Source of the DNA: Pristiophorus japonicus
Taxonomy: Eukaryota
NCBI RefSeq assembly: GCF_044704955.1
Contig: NC_091999.1
Location: 58,156,001 to 58,220,000, forward strand
Direction: 5' to 3'
DNA length: 64,000 nt
Shown: piece by piece, positions 48,500-61,700 of the stretch
How positions within the stretch are numbered: the first letter of the stretch is position 1
Layout of the letters: every line of letters begins with the position of its first letter
Made by a program: the position numbers and the translations under genes
The notes under the pieces: model-generated
The model's database searches: none
What the model was told of the DNA's origin: nothing
The model's input: the letters and a program-made list of their open reading frames with translations, nothing else

Positions 48500-49200
48500 G
48501 TTCATGTTTGTAAATGTATATGTGTTGTTATGTCGAAATGTTTGTTTATGTTGATGAGTAAGTGTGTGTGAGTTTTCGTGTAACATTGTGTTCACATGTA
48601 AGTGTGTGTGTGTGTGTGTTTTGTGTTAGTTTGTGTTTGGATTTATAGGCATGTCCATGTTTGTGTAAGTGTGTTGAGGTATGTGTTTTCCTGTAAGTGT
48701 ATGGTTATGTCTCAATGTTGTTCATGTTTGGTGAGTGTTTGTGTGTGTATGTTTCGTGTAAGTGTGTGTTTTGCTGTGTGTGTATAAGTGCAATAGTGTG
48801 TTTGCATGTAAGCGTGTGTGTGTTTTGTGTAAATCTGTATTTGATTTGATGCATTTGTTTACGAGTGTGTGTGTGTTTTGTGCAAGTCTGTGTGTGGATT
48901 GATGTGTGTGCAAGTGTGTTTTTGCAAGTGTGTGTGTGGGTAGATGTGTGTGTTTATGTGTGTGTAAGTGTGTATAAATGTGTTTTGTGTAAGTGTGTTT
49001 GTGTGGATTGATGTGTGTGTTTATGTGTGTGTAAGTGTGTGTGTGCTTTGTGTAAATGTGTGTGTAGATTGATGTAGGTGTTGATATGTGTGTAAATGTG
49101 TGCAAGTGTGTTTTGTGTAAGTGTGTGTCTGGATTGATATGTGTGTCTATGCTTGTGTAAGTGAGTATAAGTTTCTGTTGTGTTAGTGTACGTTTCGATT
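48500..49200. repeat. Degenerate (TG)n-rich low-complexity tract
   Basis: Direct inspection. Confidence 0.9.
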
Positions 49201-50149
49201 GACGTGTATTATTGTTTTGTTCAAAGTTTCAGAGAGTACCAACAACTGGATTTGACAATGATGGTTTTCATTATATTCTAGTCATGTATAATATTATGTT
49301 TCAGGTTGTTAGTATGTCTTTATATGTAAGTCTTTGTGTTTCATGTGTAATTGTGCACTTACACAAAAACACAAACTTATACAAAATCATCAAAACACTT
49401 ACATGTGAACACACACAAACTCACTTTCACATGTATTCTCCTCCGCTCTGTGTAAATGTGTTCTGTGTGAGGAGCAAGGTGACATCAGCCGAACGAATGC
49501 AACAATTCAACCGATGGCCTTCAGCAACATCAGGGACACAACTGTGAGAAACTCGGAGAGGATTCAGTCACCAGTTTAGACATGGCCCATTAGAATTCAA
49601 CATGTTAGTTTACAATTAACAGGGACTGTTGCACCCCCAAGCCTATTTAAAAATATTATGTGGAATAAATAGTTATTTCAGAATATAATACTCATATGGC
49701 AAGTTTAAAATGTTTAGATCATGGGTTAGAATGTACGATGGCAACTTAGTGCATTTAAAAGAGAGTGGTTCACTTCCCATCTCCCTGCGGGAGGGGCAGT
49801 GGGGGTTACATGAATTACACGTTTCCCTTTCTCCTCTCGCTGGTGCGTGTGAGAGGTACAGTGAGTTAAAATTACCCTTTACTCCCTCTCAGCTGAAGTT
49901 ACCTTCAGGAATCCTGTAATGAGAGAACTCCACCCAGTTTCTAACTCATTCTGTATGTGAACTGGGAGCGCTGGCTGCACAAGCCTTGGGAACGAGATCC
50001 GAAACACCCTACTTCAGATAAAAAGCCCTCACATTGGCCAAAATAGGAAACATAATTAATTGAGTGGCTGTGTGTTTAACTCACGATGGAAGAAAAGCCA
50101 TTTATTGTTTTTTATTTAAGAACTGAAATGCAATCGAGACATTCTCATT

Positions 50150-51380
50150 GACAAGAATGACTACGAAAGCAATAAAGGAAGGAAAGACAGATTACAAAGG
50201 TAAACTTGCGCAAAACATGAAAACGGATAGTAAAAGCTTTTACCGATATGTAAAACGGAAAAGAGTGACTAAAGTAAATGTTGGTCCCTTAGAAGATGAG
50301 AAGGGGGATTTAATAATGGGAAATGTGGAAATTGCTGAGAGCTTAAACAATTATTTTGCTTCGGTCTTCACAGTGGAAGACACAAAAACCATGCCAGAAA
50401 TTGCTGGTCAAAGGAATGTGGGAAGGGAGGACCTTGAGACAATCACTATCACTAGGTGCGTAGTGCTGGACAGGCTAATGGGACTCAAGGTAGAAAAGTC
50501 CCCCGGTCCTCATGAAATGCATCGCAGGGATAAAGAGATGGCGGAAGTTATAGCAGATGCATTCGTTAAAATCCACCAAAACTCTCTGGACTCTGGGGAG
50601 GTACCAGCGGATTGGAAAGCAGATAATGTAACACCTCTGATAAAAAAGAGGGCAGACAAAAGGCAGGTAACGATAGGCCGGTTAGTTTAACCTCTGTAGT
50701 GGGGAAAATGCTTGAAACTATCATTAAGGAAGAAAGAGCGGGATATCTAGATTGGAATAGTGCAATCAAGCAGACGCAGCATGGATTCATGAAGGGGAAA
50801 TGATGTTTAACTAATTTACTGGAATTCTTTGAGGATATAACGAGCATGGTGGATACAGGTGTACCGATGGATGTGCTGTATTTAGATTTTCAAAAGGCAT
50901 TCGATTAGGTGCCACACAAAAGGTTACTGCAGAAGATAAAGGCACGTGGAGTCAGAGGAAAAGTATTAGCATGGATAGAGAATTGGCTGGCTAACAGAAA
51001 GCAGAGAGTCGCGAAAAATGGGTCCTTTTTTGGTTGGAAATCGGTGGTTAGTGGTGTGCCACAGGGATCGGGGCTGGGACTTCAACTGTTTACAATATAT
51101 ATAGATGACCTGGAAGAGGGGACAGAGTATAGTGTAACAAAATTTGCAGATGACACAAAGATTAGTGGGAAAACGGGTTGTGCAGAGGACACAGAGAGGC
51201 TGCAAAGAAATTTAGATAGGTTAGAGAATGGGCTAAGATTTGGCAGATGGAATACAATGTCGGAAAGTGTGAAGTCATCCAGCTTGAGGGAAAAAAAACA
51301 GCAAAAGTGAATATTATTTGAATGGGGAGAAATTATAACATGCTGCGATGCAGAGGGACCTGGGGGTCCTTGTGCATGAA
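50150..51380 (+). mobile_element. CR1 LINE (different subfamily), RT region interrupted by Tx1
   Basis: KSFYRYVKRKR, KSPGP, YLDFQKAFD, SGVPQGS, TKFADDTK; stops at the codons for RDLGVLVHE. Confidence 0.92.
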
Positions 51381-51560
51381 CTCTTTTAGGAGCAAACAAA
51401 AAACATTAAGCCGTGCCCCCCGATCTGGGGGAAACACCAACAGTTACAAGGTTTATTTTTGGCACAAAAACATATTTTTTCTCCAAGTGCCCCCTATAAA
51501 AGGGGAGGGGGACAAATAAAAGCACCGGCAATTAAAACAAATTAACTTAAAAACATGAAA

Positions 51561-54500
51561 TCAAGTTAAAATTTGGTTGCCGGGCGTGATGATGCACTCC
51601 AGTCCCTCCGGTGCCCACCTCTTGCGGAAGGCCACGAGCGTACCAGTGGACACCGCGTGCTCCATCTCCAAGGACACCCTTGACCAGATGTATGCGCGGA
51701 AGAGAGGCAGGCAGTCTGGCTGAACGACCTCTTCGACCGCCTGCTGCCTGGACCGGCTGAGCGCCCCCTTGGCCGTGCCCAGGAGCAGTCCTACGAGGAG
51801 GCCCTCGGACCTACCCGCTCCCCTCCGCACAGGGGGCCAGAAGATCAGGAGTGTGGGACTGAAGTGCAGCCAGAATTTCAGGAGCAGCCCCTTTAAATAA
51901 CAAAACAGGGGCTGCAACCTCGTGCACTCAATAAAAACATGGAACATGGACTCTTCCAGACAGCAGAAATTGCAGGCGGCCTGGGAGCCCGTGAACCGGC
52001 TTAAAAATTTATTGCACGGCACTGCTCCGTGCATCACCCTCCAGGCCAAGTCCCCGGCAAATAGTGGGAGGACCCCTGCGTAGAGTGCCCTCCATCGGGG
52101 ACCCCCGCCTCCTCCGGACGGCAAGATGGTACGCCATGGCGTGTCCAGACGGCAGGCAAGGATGGCAAAGTTGAGAGTGTGCAGGAGCAGCCCGTACAGC
52201 AAACCCCTCCGCGCGGAACTGAAAGGCACGGAGGGGATTTCCCCGAGGCGGCTCAAGTTGTGAGGCGCCGGCCCCCGAGGGAGGATCCGGGGTTTGGCGC
52301 CGATGAGGAATTCCGTCCGGACGGTGGTCAGTTCGGATGGGATCTCCCCACGTGCTTGAGCCTCCTCGATGCACCTAACGGAGTCAGGGCCCAGAGCTGT
52401 TTTTAGCGACTCGATGGCATCAGCCGCGCGGCGGACGTTGGCAGAATTTAGGCGCCGCGCCAGCGTGTCTGGCGCCATCCAACCCGCTCCTCCGCCATCG
52501 AGCAGATCCCTGACCCTGGTCACCTCACCAGCCAAAGCCCTCTCATCCGACTGCCACCTAAAACCTCGGTCGTGGAGGTACGAATTCCCGAGCAGCGGCT
52601 CCTGCAGGATGGCCGCCACTCCAGCCGGTGGAGAGCTCCGCTTGGTGGAGACTTTGTTCCAGAACCTGGTGAGTTCCTTGTAAAAGACAGGCAGCTCCCG
52701 GAGGGCGGTCCTGATGCCCCCCACACTCACAAACAGGAGCTGCGTGTCGTAGTTGGGGCCGTGCTGCTGGCGGAAGAAATACGTCGCCAGAGCACACCAC
52801 CTAGGAGGGGGCTCGACGTAAACGTATCTCTGCAGGGTCTGAAGACGGAAAGTCGCGAGCTGGGCGCTGACGCACACCAACGACTGACCGCCATCCCCAA
52901 GCGGGAGACTCAGGACCGCGGCAGAGACCCAGTGCTTCCTGTTGTTCCAGAAGAAGTCCACCAGCTTCTTCTGTATCTTGGTGACAAACGCAGGGGGAGG
53001 GGTCAAAGTGACCAGCCGGTACCACAACATGGCGGCCACCAGCTGGTTTATGACTAGCGCTAGACCCCTGTAGGACAGCACTCGGAGCAGTCCAGTCCAG
53101 CGCCCTAGGCGAGCGGCGACCTTGGCCTCCAGCTCCTGCCAGTTCGCCGGCCAGGCTTCCTCGTCGGGGCTAAGGTAGACTCCCAGATAGAGGAGATGGG
53201 TCGTGCTCCAGGCAAAAGGCCTGAGCTCCTCCGGCAGGGAGTCCACCCGCAACTGACCCACCAGGAGTCCGGAACATTTCTCCCAGTTGATCCTGGCGGA
53301 GGACGCGGCCGAGTAAATCTCCTGGCACTCACACATCCTCCGCAGGTCAGCGGGATCCTCTACCGCGAGGAGCACGTCATCGGCGTAATCCGGGAGGACG
53401 ACTTCCACGCCCGGCCCTTGCAGAGCCAGTCCCGTCAACCTCGTCCGCAAGAGGCGCAGGAAAGGCTCCACGCAAACGGCGTATAACTGGCCGGACATGG
53501 GGCATCCCTGGCGCACCCCTCTCCTAAAGCGAAGGGGCGCCGTCAAGGACCCGTTAACCTTAATCAGACACTCTGCGGCGGCGTACAAAAGTCGGATCCG
53601 GGCGACGAAATGCGTCCCGAACCCGAAAGCGTGCAGAGTTCCGAGCAGATAGTTGTGATCCACCCTGTCGAACGCCTTCTCTTGGTCGAGGGATAGGAAG
53701 GCGACCGGCAGACCAGCCTCCTGGGAATAATGGATGAGTTCCCGGACCAGATGGATGTTATCATGGATTGTCCGGCCCGGGACCGTGTAGGACTGGTCGG
53801 GGTGGATCATGCGGTCCAGCACGGCACCAAGGCGAGCAGACATCGCCCTGGCGAAGATTTTGTAGTCCGTGCTGAGGAGGGAGACTGGGCGCCAGTTATT
53901 AAGGAGGCGGAGATCGCCCTTCTTAGGCAGCAGGACAATGACTGCCCTGCGCCAACAGAATGGCATCTCCCCGGTCACCAGACTTTCCCACAGGACCCGC
54001 GCGTAGTCGCCCCCCAGGACGTCCCAGAACGCCCTGTGGAACTCCACGGTCAGCCCGTCCAGCCCCGGGGATTTTCCCCTCGAGAGCCGGTCGAGGGCGC
54101 CGGTCAGCTCCGCCGGGCTTCGCGGAGCTTCCAGATTTTCGGCGCACTCCGGGCTGACCTTCGGCAGGTCCTCCCACAAAACTCTATGAACTTCCTCGCT
54201 GTACGGCTCCAGAGAGAACAGAGCCCTGTAATATTCACGGGCCCTGTTGTTGACGCCCTCCGGATCCGAGACGAGAGAGCCGTCGTCGGCCAGCAGCGTC
54301 AAGAGCTGCTTACGGACACTCTGCCTTTTTTCCAGCGAGTAGAAGAAAGGCGGAGCCGCGGTCCAGATCCCGCAGGAAATGGATCCGTGACCTCACGAAC
54401 GCGCCTCGGGAACCTACGAGCTGCAGGTCCTTCAGTGTGGCCTTCTTCGCTTCGTACACCGTCCGCAGGGCCGGGTCCCCGACGACTTGCTCCAGGTCGA

Positions 54501-55448
54501 GCACCTCCTTTTCTAGGCGCCCGACCCTGGCCGCCCGCCTCTTGGTCGACCCCCTCACGTACTCTTGATAGAAGACGCAGACGTCAGCCTTGCCCACGTC
54601 CCACCATAGCCTCAAGGAGGGGAAGCCCCCCTGCTTCCTTCTCCAGTCGGCCCAGAAATGACGGAACGAGTCCTGGAACCGCACGTCCTCCAGCAGCTGG
54701 TTGTTAAAATGCCAGTACGTGGACCCCGTCCTCGCGCGGAGCGAAGCGAGCTCTGCCCGCACCAGGTGGTGGTCCGAACAGGGCACCTGCCGCATGGAGG
54801 CCGCCGGGACGCAGGAAACGTACGCCCGAGACACGTAAGGGCGGTCGACTGTGGACCATCCTGCTCCAGGCCTCACCCAAGTAAAGGCGCTGGAGTCGGG
54901 ATGGAGATTTCGCCAGACGTCCACCAAGTCGAAGGACCCGACCAGGTCCCACAACTTCTCCCTCGCCGTCATGCTCTGCGGGGCACCGGAGCGGTCCCTC
55001 GCCTCGAGGGTGCAGTTAAAATTCCCCCCGAGGACAATGCAGTCGCCGACGTCGACGGAGCCAAGAGAAGCGGACACCTCTTCGAAGAAGCGTGTTTGCT
55101 GCGGCCGGGCTGAGGGGCGTACACGTTCACGAGATGGAGCGGCACGTCCCCCAGGCGAACCGTTACGTGCAGCAAGCGGCCTGGCACGGGCTCCTCGACC
55201 CCCAAGATCTCCGGCTGAAAATGCGGGGCCAGCAAGATTGCCACCCCACTAGAAGTGGCAGTGAGGTGGCTCCTGCGGACCTCTCCTTGCCATTCCAGGA
55301 GCCACGTGGCTTCGTCTCCCGGAACGGTGTGGGTTTCTTGCAGGAAGCACGCTGCATATTTCCCCTCCTGCAGGAGCGAAAAAGTGTTAAATCTACGGCG
55401 TGCCTCTCTGCCGCCGTTGATGTTGAGGCTGGCTATGGTTATCTTCAT
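51561..55448 (-). pseudogene. Tx1 ORF2 (APE endonuclease, RT, zf-RVT); frameshifts at ~55100 and ~54350
   Basis: MKITIASLNING, FLQETH, SDH, KSPGLDGLTVEF, WRPVSLLSTDYK, GVRQGCPMSG, YADD, CNFC..EESMFHVFIEC. Confidence 0.93.
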
Positions 55449-55477
55449 GACTAGAGCATAGTGCAACCTCTACCTAA

Positions 55478-57577
55478 CCTATTGTGGGTGGGGGGAATGG
55501 AGTCGTTTGTTGACCTCCACTCCTTCAGCAGCCCAGTGAGGAAACCTTTGAGCCGGCGCAGCTCAAGGCCTTGCGCCTTTAATAAGGGCCCGCCCGCGGC
55601 CATGTTTTTAGCGGCGGTGCGGACGGACGCGATGAGCAGCCCCGGCTCGGACCATCTTTCCCGGGCCAGATGGGTTCGGTTGCGGCGACCCTGGCTCTGG
55701 ACCAAAAAGTCCCGGAGTTCCTCTACGGGAATGACGGGGGTATCAGCGGCGGTCACGAGGAGATCCACCGCCTCACTGGCGATGGACTCGAGATCTTCTC
55801 CCGCGTCCTCCACCGAGTCCCCGTTCCCCTCCGGGAGGTTGCCGCTAGCAGCCAGCCCGTCGACCGCACGGGGTACGGCAAACGGCCCGGCCGCTCCATC
55901 TGGCCCCGGCTCTGCCCCGATCCCACCCCCAGGATCGACGGCAGAGGAGTCCCCACTGGGCTCTTTTAAAATTGGTACTGGGTCGGGAAGCGACAGCGGA
56001 AGGGGTTCCTCCTCCGCCCCAGGAACCGGGGAACACGGAGAGACCTGGTCAAAGTAATGTTCCAGGTCCACCAAGTACCCCAGCTCCAAAGTAGGGGGCG
56101 AGGGTTGTTGTTCTTCCCCCTCCCCGCCGCCACCCCCCGGCCCAGCGTGTACAGAATCGTTAAAATTAATCCATTTTCAGTTTCTTCCGGGCCGAGCGAC
56201 TCTAGGGGGCAGATAATTAATAGCTGGGCGGGCTCAGGTTCGGCCTGTTCGGCCCTGCCTTCCTCAGTCCCGGGGACGCTCGACCCGGCGGCTACGCATT
56301 CCACCGCTGGCCCCACGCCCCCCACGACAGGCAGATCATTCACGCCATCCCCGGGAGGCAGAGGCCGGGCAGCCTCGACTGCCTCACCCTCCCCGGGGAC
56401 AGATTCCTCGCGCCTACAGCGCAATTTGGGGGCTCTGGTGGGGGACGCGGGACACGCGGCGGGCACCGACTCCTCTGCGGAGGGATGTTGTTCCCCCTCC
56501 GCCTCATTGGAGCGGCGCCTCCTTTTGTTCCTGGGAGGGCGTGGAGGCAGGGAGACCCCCATGTCTGCCGAGGCCTCCCGCTCCACCCCCCCCTTTTTCT
56601 TATCTTGCCCGCGCCCGAGCGCCTTTGTGATACTGGTCAAGGGCTCGGGCATGGGCTCAGGGCACCCCGCGCTCGCCGGTGACGGGGTTGGCCCGAGCGC
56701 GGTAAACAGATTGTCTGGCGCACTAAGGGGTCCCGCCTCTAGATGTTTCGTCTTCTTCCGTGCCTTCTTTCCGGTCGGACGCTCTCCCCCCCCCCCCGCC
56801 GGAGGCCGTGAAAACAAAGGCCTCCGACGATTCCCGCGCACCTACGGCTCCCGGCACGTGGACGCTACGAGGGGGAGGGGTGGCGGCGGCGCCAGCCTTG
56901 GCCACCCTCGGTAGTTTGGCGGCTTTGGAGGCGGGGCAGTTCTTGCGAACGTGCCCCACCTCTCTGCAGGCATGTCACCGCACGCCGTCCGACGTCCAGA
57001 AGTCGTGGTAGGCAGTCCCCTCGTGCACCACAATAAAACTTCCCTCCGTCGTCTCCTCCCGCGCCAGCCGGACAAAGAGCTGGCGCCGGAAGGAGAACAC
57101 GTGGCGCAGGCTGTTCTCCCTGAGGCCGAGCGGTATGGGGTTGATCCCCGACCTTACCTCCCCCAGTTGGTGTAGGTGAGGGAGGAGGAGCTCAGCGGCA
57201 ACAAAGGGCGGGACGTTTGAAATGATGACCCTCTGCGCGGTGGCCTCGAGAGGGTCCACCGGCAGGAACGTCCCGCCCACCGTGAGCCCCTTTTCAAGGG
57301 CCAGGGACACCGGTCGCTCCGACCCCAGGAAGAACACGGCCTTCCCAGACATCTTGGAGGCTGCAACAATGGCCGAGTGGCCGACTACCCCAGCCATCGC
57401 CCGCACGCACTGCTCGATGCTCATTGTGGGGTGAGTGTAGCTCTTGACCCCGTGTTTCTTGGCTATAAGTCTGAATGGTGGCAGGGCAGCAGGAGGCACA
57501 GGAGGTGCTGTGGAAGCGGTTGCCACCTGCGCATATGTCCTCGCTGGCCCTGCCAACGGCGTGGATGGGGACGCCAT
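55478..57577 (-). pseudogene. Tx1 ORF1 (gag-like), frameshifted
   Basis: TYAQV, AASKMSGKAVFFL, ISNVPPF, HVFSFRRQ, CCHC-like (C)HACREVGHVRKNCP. Confidence 0.88.
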
Positions 57578-58513
57578 CACAGGGTCCCTTTAAGGCCTAC
57601 ACCCACCCCAAAGTCACAGGCCTTAATGGTCTTAAATGGCCTCGTTTAAGTATTTGAACAGAGGGAGCTCTGAAAGAGGCACACCTCTCCCCTAGTTGGC
57701 AATTGGGGAGGGGCCTTGCTCCCTCTGCTCAGTTGTCTTAATTGTTCTTGTTTTTGTTCACTTGTGAGGAAAGGGCTCTCAGAGAGAGAGGGGAGAGACA
57801 GAGAAAGAGTGAAAGAGTCAGGCGGGGTGGGAAAGAGGGAAGCTGCGAGGGCTGATCTCCCCTCACAGCGATGGGTGGGCGCACTCCCCAGATGTCAAAC
57901 AAAACAGTCCTTGGGGTGGTCTTCGGGTGGGTGGAGAAGGTGTCTTCACCTGGGGCAGCTGGAGCCACACAGATACACACTCCCAACGATGTTATTTAGG
58001 GTGATTGAGTTTCTTCAGCCAGGTAGCTCCAGCTATCCAGGCTAGGCAATGGGGGAGGGGTGCTTCAGTGGTGTGTGGGCCTAGCTGTAGGCAAGACCCC
58101 CACACACACTTCAACACACACACACACACACACACACCCCGCGATGTTCCGGCCCTCGATTGGTCTTCTTTCCTCCCCCCCACCGATACAACAAAGTCTT
58201 TTTGGGGAATGCACCAAAATACACCCACCTCTGGTTGAAGAAGTCTTTCCCTCCTTCCACACTGGTAAGTTGTTGTTCTTTTTTTTTCCCCTCTCTCGAA
58301 CTCTTCGTAGGAATAATAATGGTGTTGCAGTCTTCTGCTCTCCTCCTCTCACTCTGGATAAATGGTAATGAAGCTCCTTCCTTCCTCCTCCTATTCCTGG
58401 TCTGTTCTCAGGGCTCAGTCAAGGCCTCCCAGACAGGAGCAAAGTAGGGAGTTCCTTCTCTCTCAGCAGCACAGCTCCAAGTGAAGAGGCCACGCCTCCA
58501 AAGCTCCACCATT

Positions 58514-58530
58514 GGTCCTTGTGCATCAAA
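58514..58530 (+). other. Duplicated target site between the two Tx1 copies
   Basis: GGTCCTTGTGCATCAAA versus GGTCCTTGTGCATGAA at 51365-51380; both are followed by ctcttttaggag. Confidence 0.85.
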
Positions 58531-58728
58531 CTCTTTTAGGAGTAAACAAAAGACTTAAACCGTGCCGCCGATCTGTGGGAAACACCAACATTTACAAGTC
58601 CCTTTTTTTAATTTTTTTTTTTTTTTTTGGGGCACAGAATCAATTTTTTTTCCAAGTGCCCCCTATAAAAGGGAAGGGGGACACTAAAAGCACCGGCAAT
58701 TAAAACAAATTAACTTAAAAATATAAAA

Positions 58729-61700
58729 TCAAGTTAAAATTTGGTTGCCGGGCGTGATGATGCACTCCAGTCCCTCCGGTGCCCACCTCTCGCGGAAGGC
58801 CGCGAGCGTACCGGTGGACACCGCGTGCTCCATCTCCAAGGACACCCTGGACCGTATGTATGCGCAGAAGAGAGGCAGGCAGTCTGGCTGAACGAACCCC
58901 TCGAACGCCTGCTGCCTGGACCGGCTGATGGCCCCCTTGGCCGTGCCCAGGAGCAGTCCTACGAGAAGGCCCTCGGACCTACCCGCTCCCCTCCGCACAG
59001 GGTGCCAGAAGATCAGGAGTGTGGGACTGAAGTGCAGCCAGAATTTCAGGAGCAGCCCCTTTAAATAGCAAAACAGGGGCTGCAACCTCGTGCACTCAAT
59101 AAAAACATGGAACACGGACTGTTCCAGACCGCAGAAATTACAGGCGGCCTGGGAGCCCGTGAACCGGCTTAAAAATTTATTGCACGGCACTGCTCCGTGC
59201 ACCACCCTCCAGGCCAAGTCCCTGACAAATAGTGGGAGGGCCCCTGCATAGAGTGCACTCCATCGAGGACCCCCGCCTCCTCCGGACGGCAAGATGGTAC
59301 GCCATGGCGTGTAAGGACGGCAGGCGAGGATGACAAAGTTGAGAGTGTGCAGGAGCAGCCCGTACAGGAAACCCCTCCGCGCGGAACTGAAAGGCACGGA
59401 GGGGATTTCCCCGAGGCGGCTCAAGTTGTGAGGCGCCTGCTCCCGAGGGAGGTTCCGGGGTTTGGCGCCAATGAGGAATTCCGTCCAGACGGGGGTCAGT
59501 TCAGACGGGATATCCCCGCATGCTTGAGCCTCCTCGATGCACCTAACGGAGTCGGGGCCCAGAGCTGTTTTAGCGACTCGATGGCATCGGCCGCGTGGCG
59601 GGCGTTGGCAGAATTTAAGCGCCGCGCCAGCGTGTCTGGCGCCATCCAGCCCGCTCCTCCGCAATCGAGCAGGTCCCTGACCCTGGTCACCTCACCAGCC
59701 ACAGCCCTCTCTTCCGACCGCCACATAAAGCCTCGGCCGAGGAGGTACGGATTCCCGAGCAGCGGTTCCTGCAGGACGGCCGCCACTCCAGCCGGCGGAG
59801 AGCTGCGCTTGGTGGAGACTTTGTTCCAGACCCTGATGAGTTCCTTGTAAAAGACAGGCAGCTCCCGGCGGACTGTCCTGACGCCCCCCACACTCACAAA
59901 CAGGAGCTGCGTGTCGTAGTTGAGGCTATGCTGCTCGCGGAAGAAATACCTCGCCAGAGCACACCACCTCGGAGGGGGCTCGACGTAAAGGCATCTCTGC
60001 AGGGTCTGAAGATGGAATGTCGCGAGCTGGGCGCTGACGCACACCAACGACTGACCGCCCTCCTCAAGCGGGAGACTCAAGACCGTGGCAGAGACCCAGT
60101 GCTTCCTGTTGTTCCAGAAGAAGTCCACCAGCTTCTTCTGTATCTTGGCGACAAACGCAGGGGCAGGGGTCAAAGTGACCAGCAGGTACCACAGCATTGC
60201 GGCCACCAGCTGGTGTATGACTAGCGCTCGACCCCTGTAGGACAGCACTCGGAGCAGTCCTGTCCAGCGCCCTAGGCGAGCGGCGACCTTGGCCTCCAGC
60301 TCCTGCCAGTTCGCCGGCCAGGCTCCCTCGTCGGGGCTAAGGTAGACTCCCAGATAGAGGAGATGGGTCGTGCTCCAGGCAAAAGGCCTGAGCTCCTCCG
60401 GCAGGGAGTCCACCCGCCACTGACCCACCAGGAGTTTGGAACATTTCTCCCAGTTGATTCTGGCGGAGGACGCGGCCGAGTAAATCTCCTGGCACTCACG
60501 CATCCTCCGCAGGTCAGCGGGATCCTCTACCGCGAGGAGCACGTCATCGGCGTAAGCCGAGAGGACGACTTCCACGCCAGGCCCTTGCAGAGCCAGTCCC
60601 GTCAACCTCGTCCGCAAGAGGCGCAGGAAAGGCTCCAGGCAGACGGCGTATAACTGGCCAGACATGGGGCATCCCTGGCGCACCCTTCTCCTAAAGCGAA
60701 GGGGCGCCGTCAAGGACCCATTAACCTTAATCAGACACTCCACAGCGGCGTACAAAAGTCGGATCCGGGCGACAAAATGCGTCCCGAAGCCGGAAGCGCG
60801 CAGAGTTCCGAGCAGATAGTCGTGATCCACCCTGTCGAACGCCTTCTCTTGGTCGAGGGATAGGAAGGCTACCGACAGACCAGCCTCCTGGAAATGATGG
60901 ATGAGGTCCCGGACCAGATGGATGTTATCGTGGATTGTCCGGCCCGGGACCGTGTAGGACTGGTCGGGGTGGATCATGTTGTCCAGCACGGCACCAAGGC
61001 GAGCAGACATCGCCCTGGCAAAGATTTTGTAGTCCGTGCTGAGGAGGGAGACCGGGCGTCAGTTTTTAAGGAGGCGGAGATCACCCTTCTTAGGCAGCAG
61101 GACGATGACTGCCCTGCGCCAAGAGAGGGGCATCTCCCCGTCGCCAGACTTTCCCCCAGGACCCGCGCGTAGTCGCCCCCCAGGACGTCCCAGAACACCC
61201 TGTGGAACTCCACGGTCAGCCCGTCCAGCCCCGGGGATATTCCCCTCGAGAGCCGGTTGAGGGCACCGGTCAGCTCCGCCAGGCTTAGCGGAGCTTGCAG
61301 ATTTTCTGCGCCCTCCGGGCTGACCTTCGGCAGGTCCTCCCACAAAACTCTATGCACTTCCTCGCTGGACGGATCCGGAGAGAACAGAGCCCCGTAATAT
61401 TCACGGGCCCTGTTGTTGACGCCCTCCGGATCCGAGAGAGAGAGCCGTCGTCGGCCAGCAGCGTCAAGCGCTGCTTACGGACACTCTGCCTTTTTTCCAG
61501 CGAGTAGAAGAAAGGCGGAGCCACGGTCCAGATCCCGCAGGAACCGGATCCGCGACCTCACGAACGTGCCTCGGGACCCGACGAGCTGCAGATCCTTCAG
61601 CGCGGCCGTCTTCGCTTCGTACACCATCCGCAGGGCCTGGTCCTGGACGACTTGACCGAGACGGGACTCCAGTTCGAGCACCTCTTTTTCTAGGCGCCCG

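Larger units (their letters stand above)
51381..58513 (-). mobile_element. Tx1-clade non-LTR retrotransposon copy 1, apparently full length (~7.1 kb)
   Basis: 5' UTR, ORF1 with zinc knuckle, ORF2 APE-RT-zinc finger, short 3' UTR; flanked by GGTCCTTGTGCAT(G/C)AA direct repeats. Confidence 0.93.

Noticed and set aside
48602-49105. His/Thr-rich and Val/Cys-rich ORFs
   Set aside because: Translations of the (TG)n-rich repeat.
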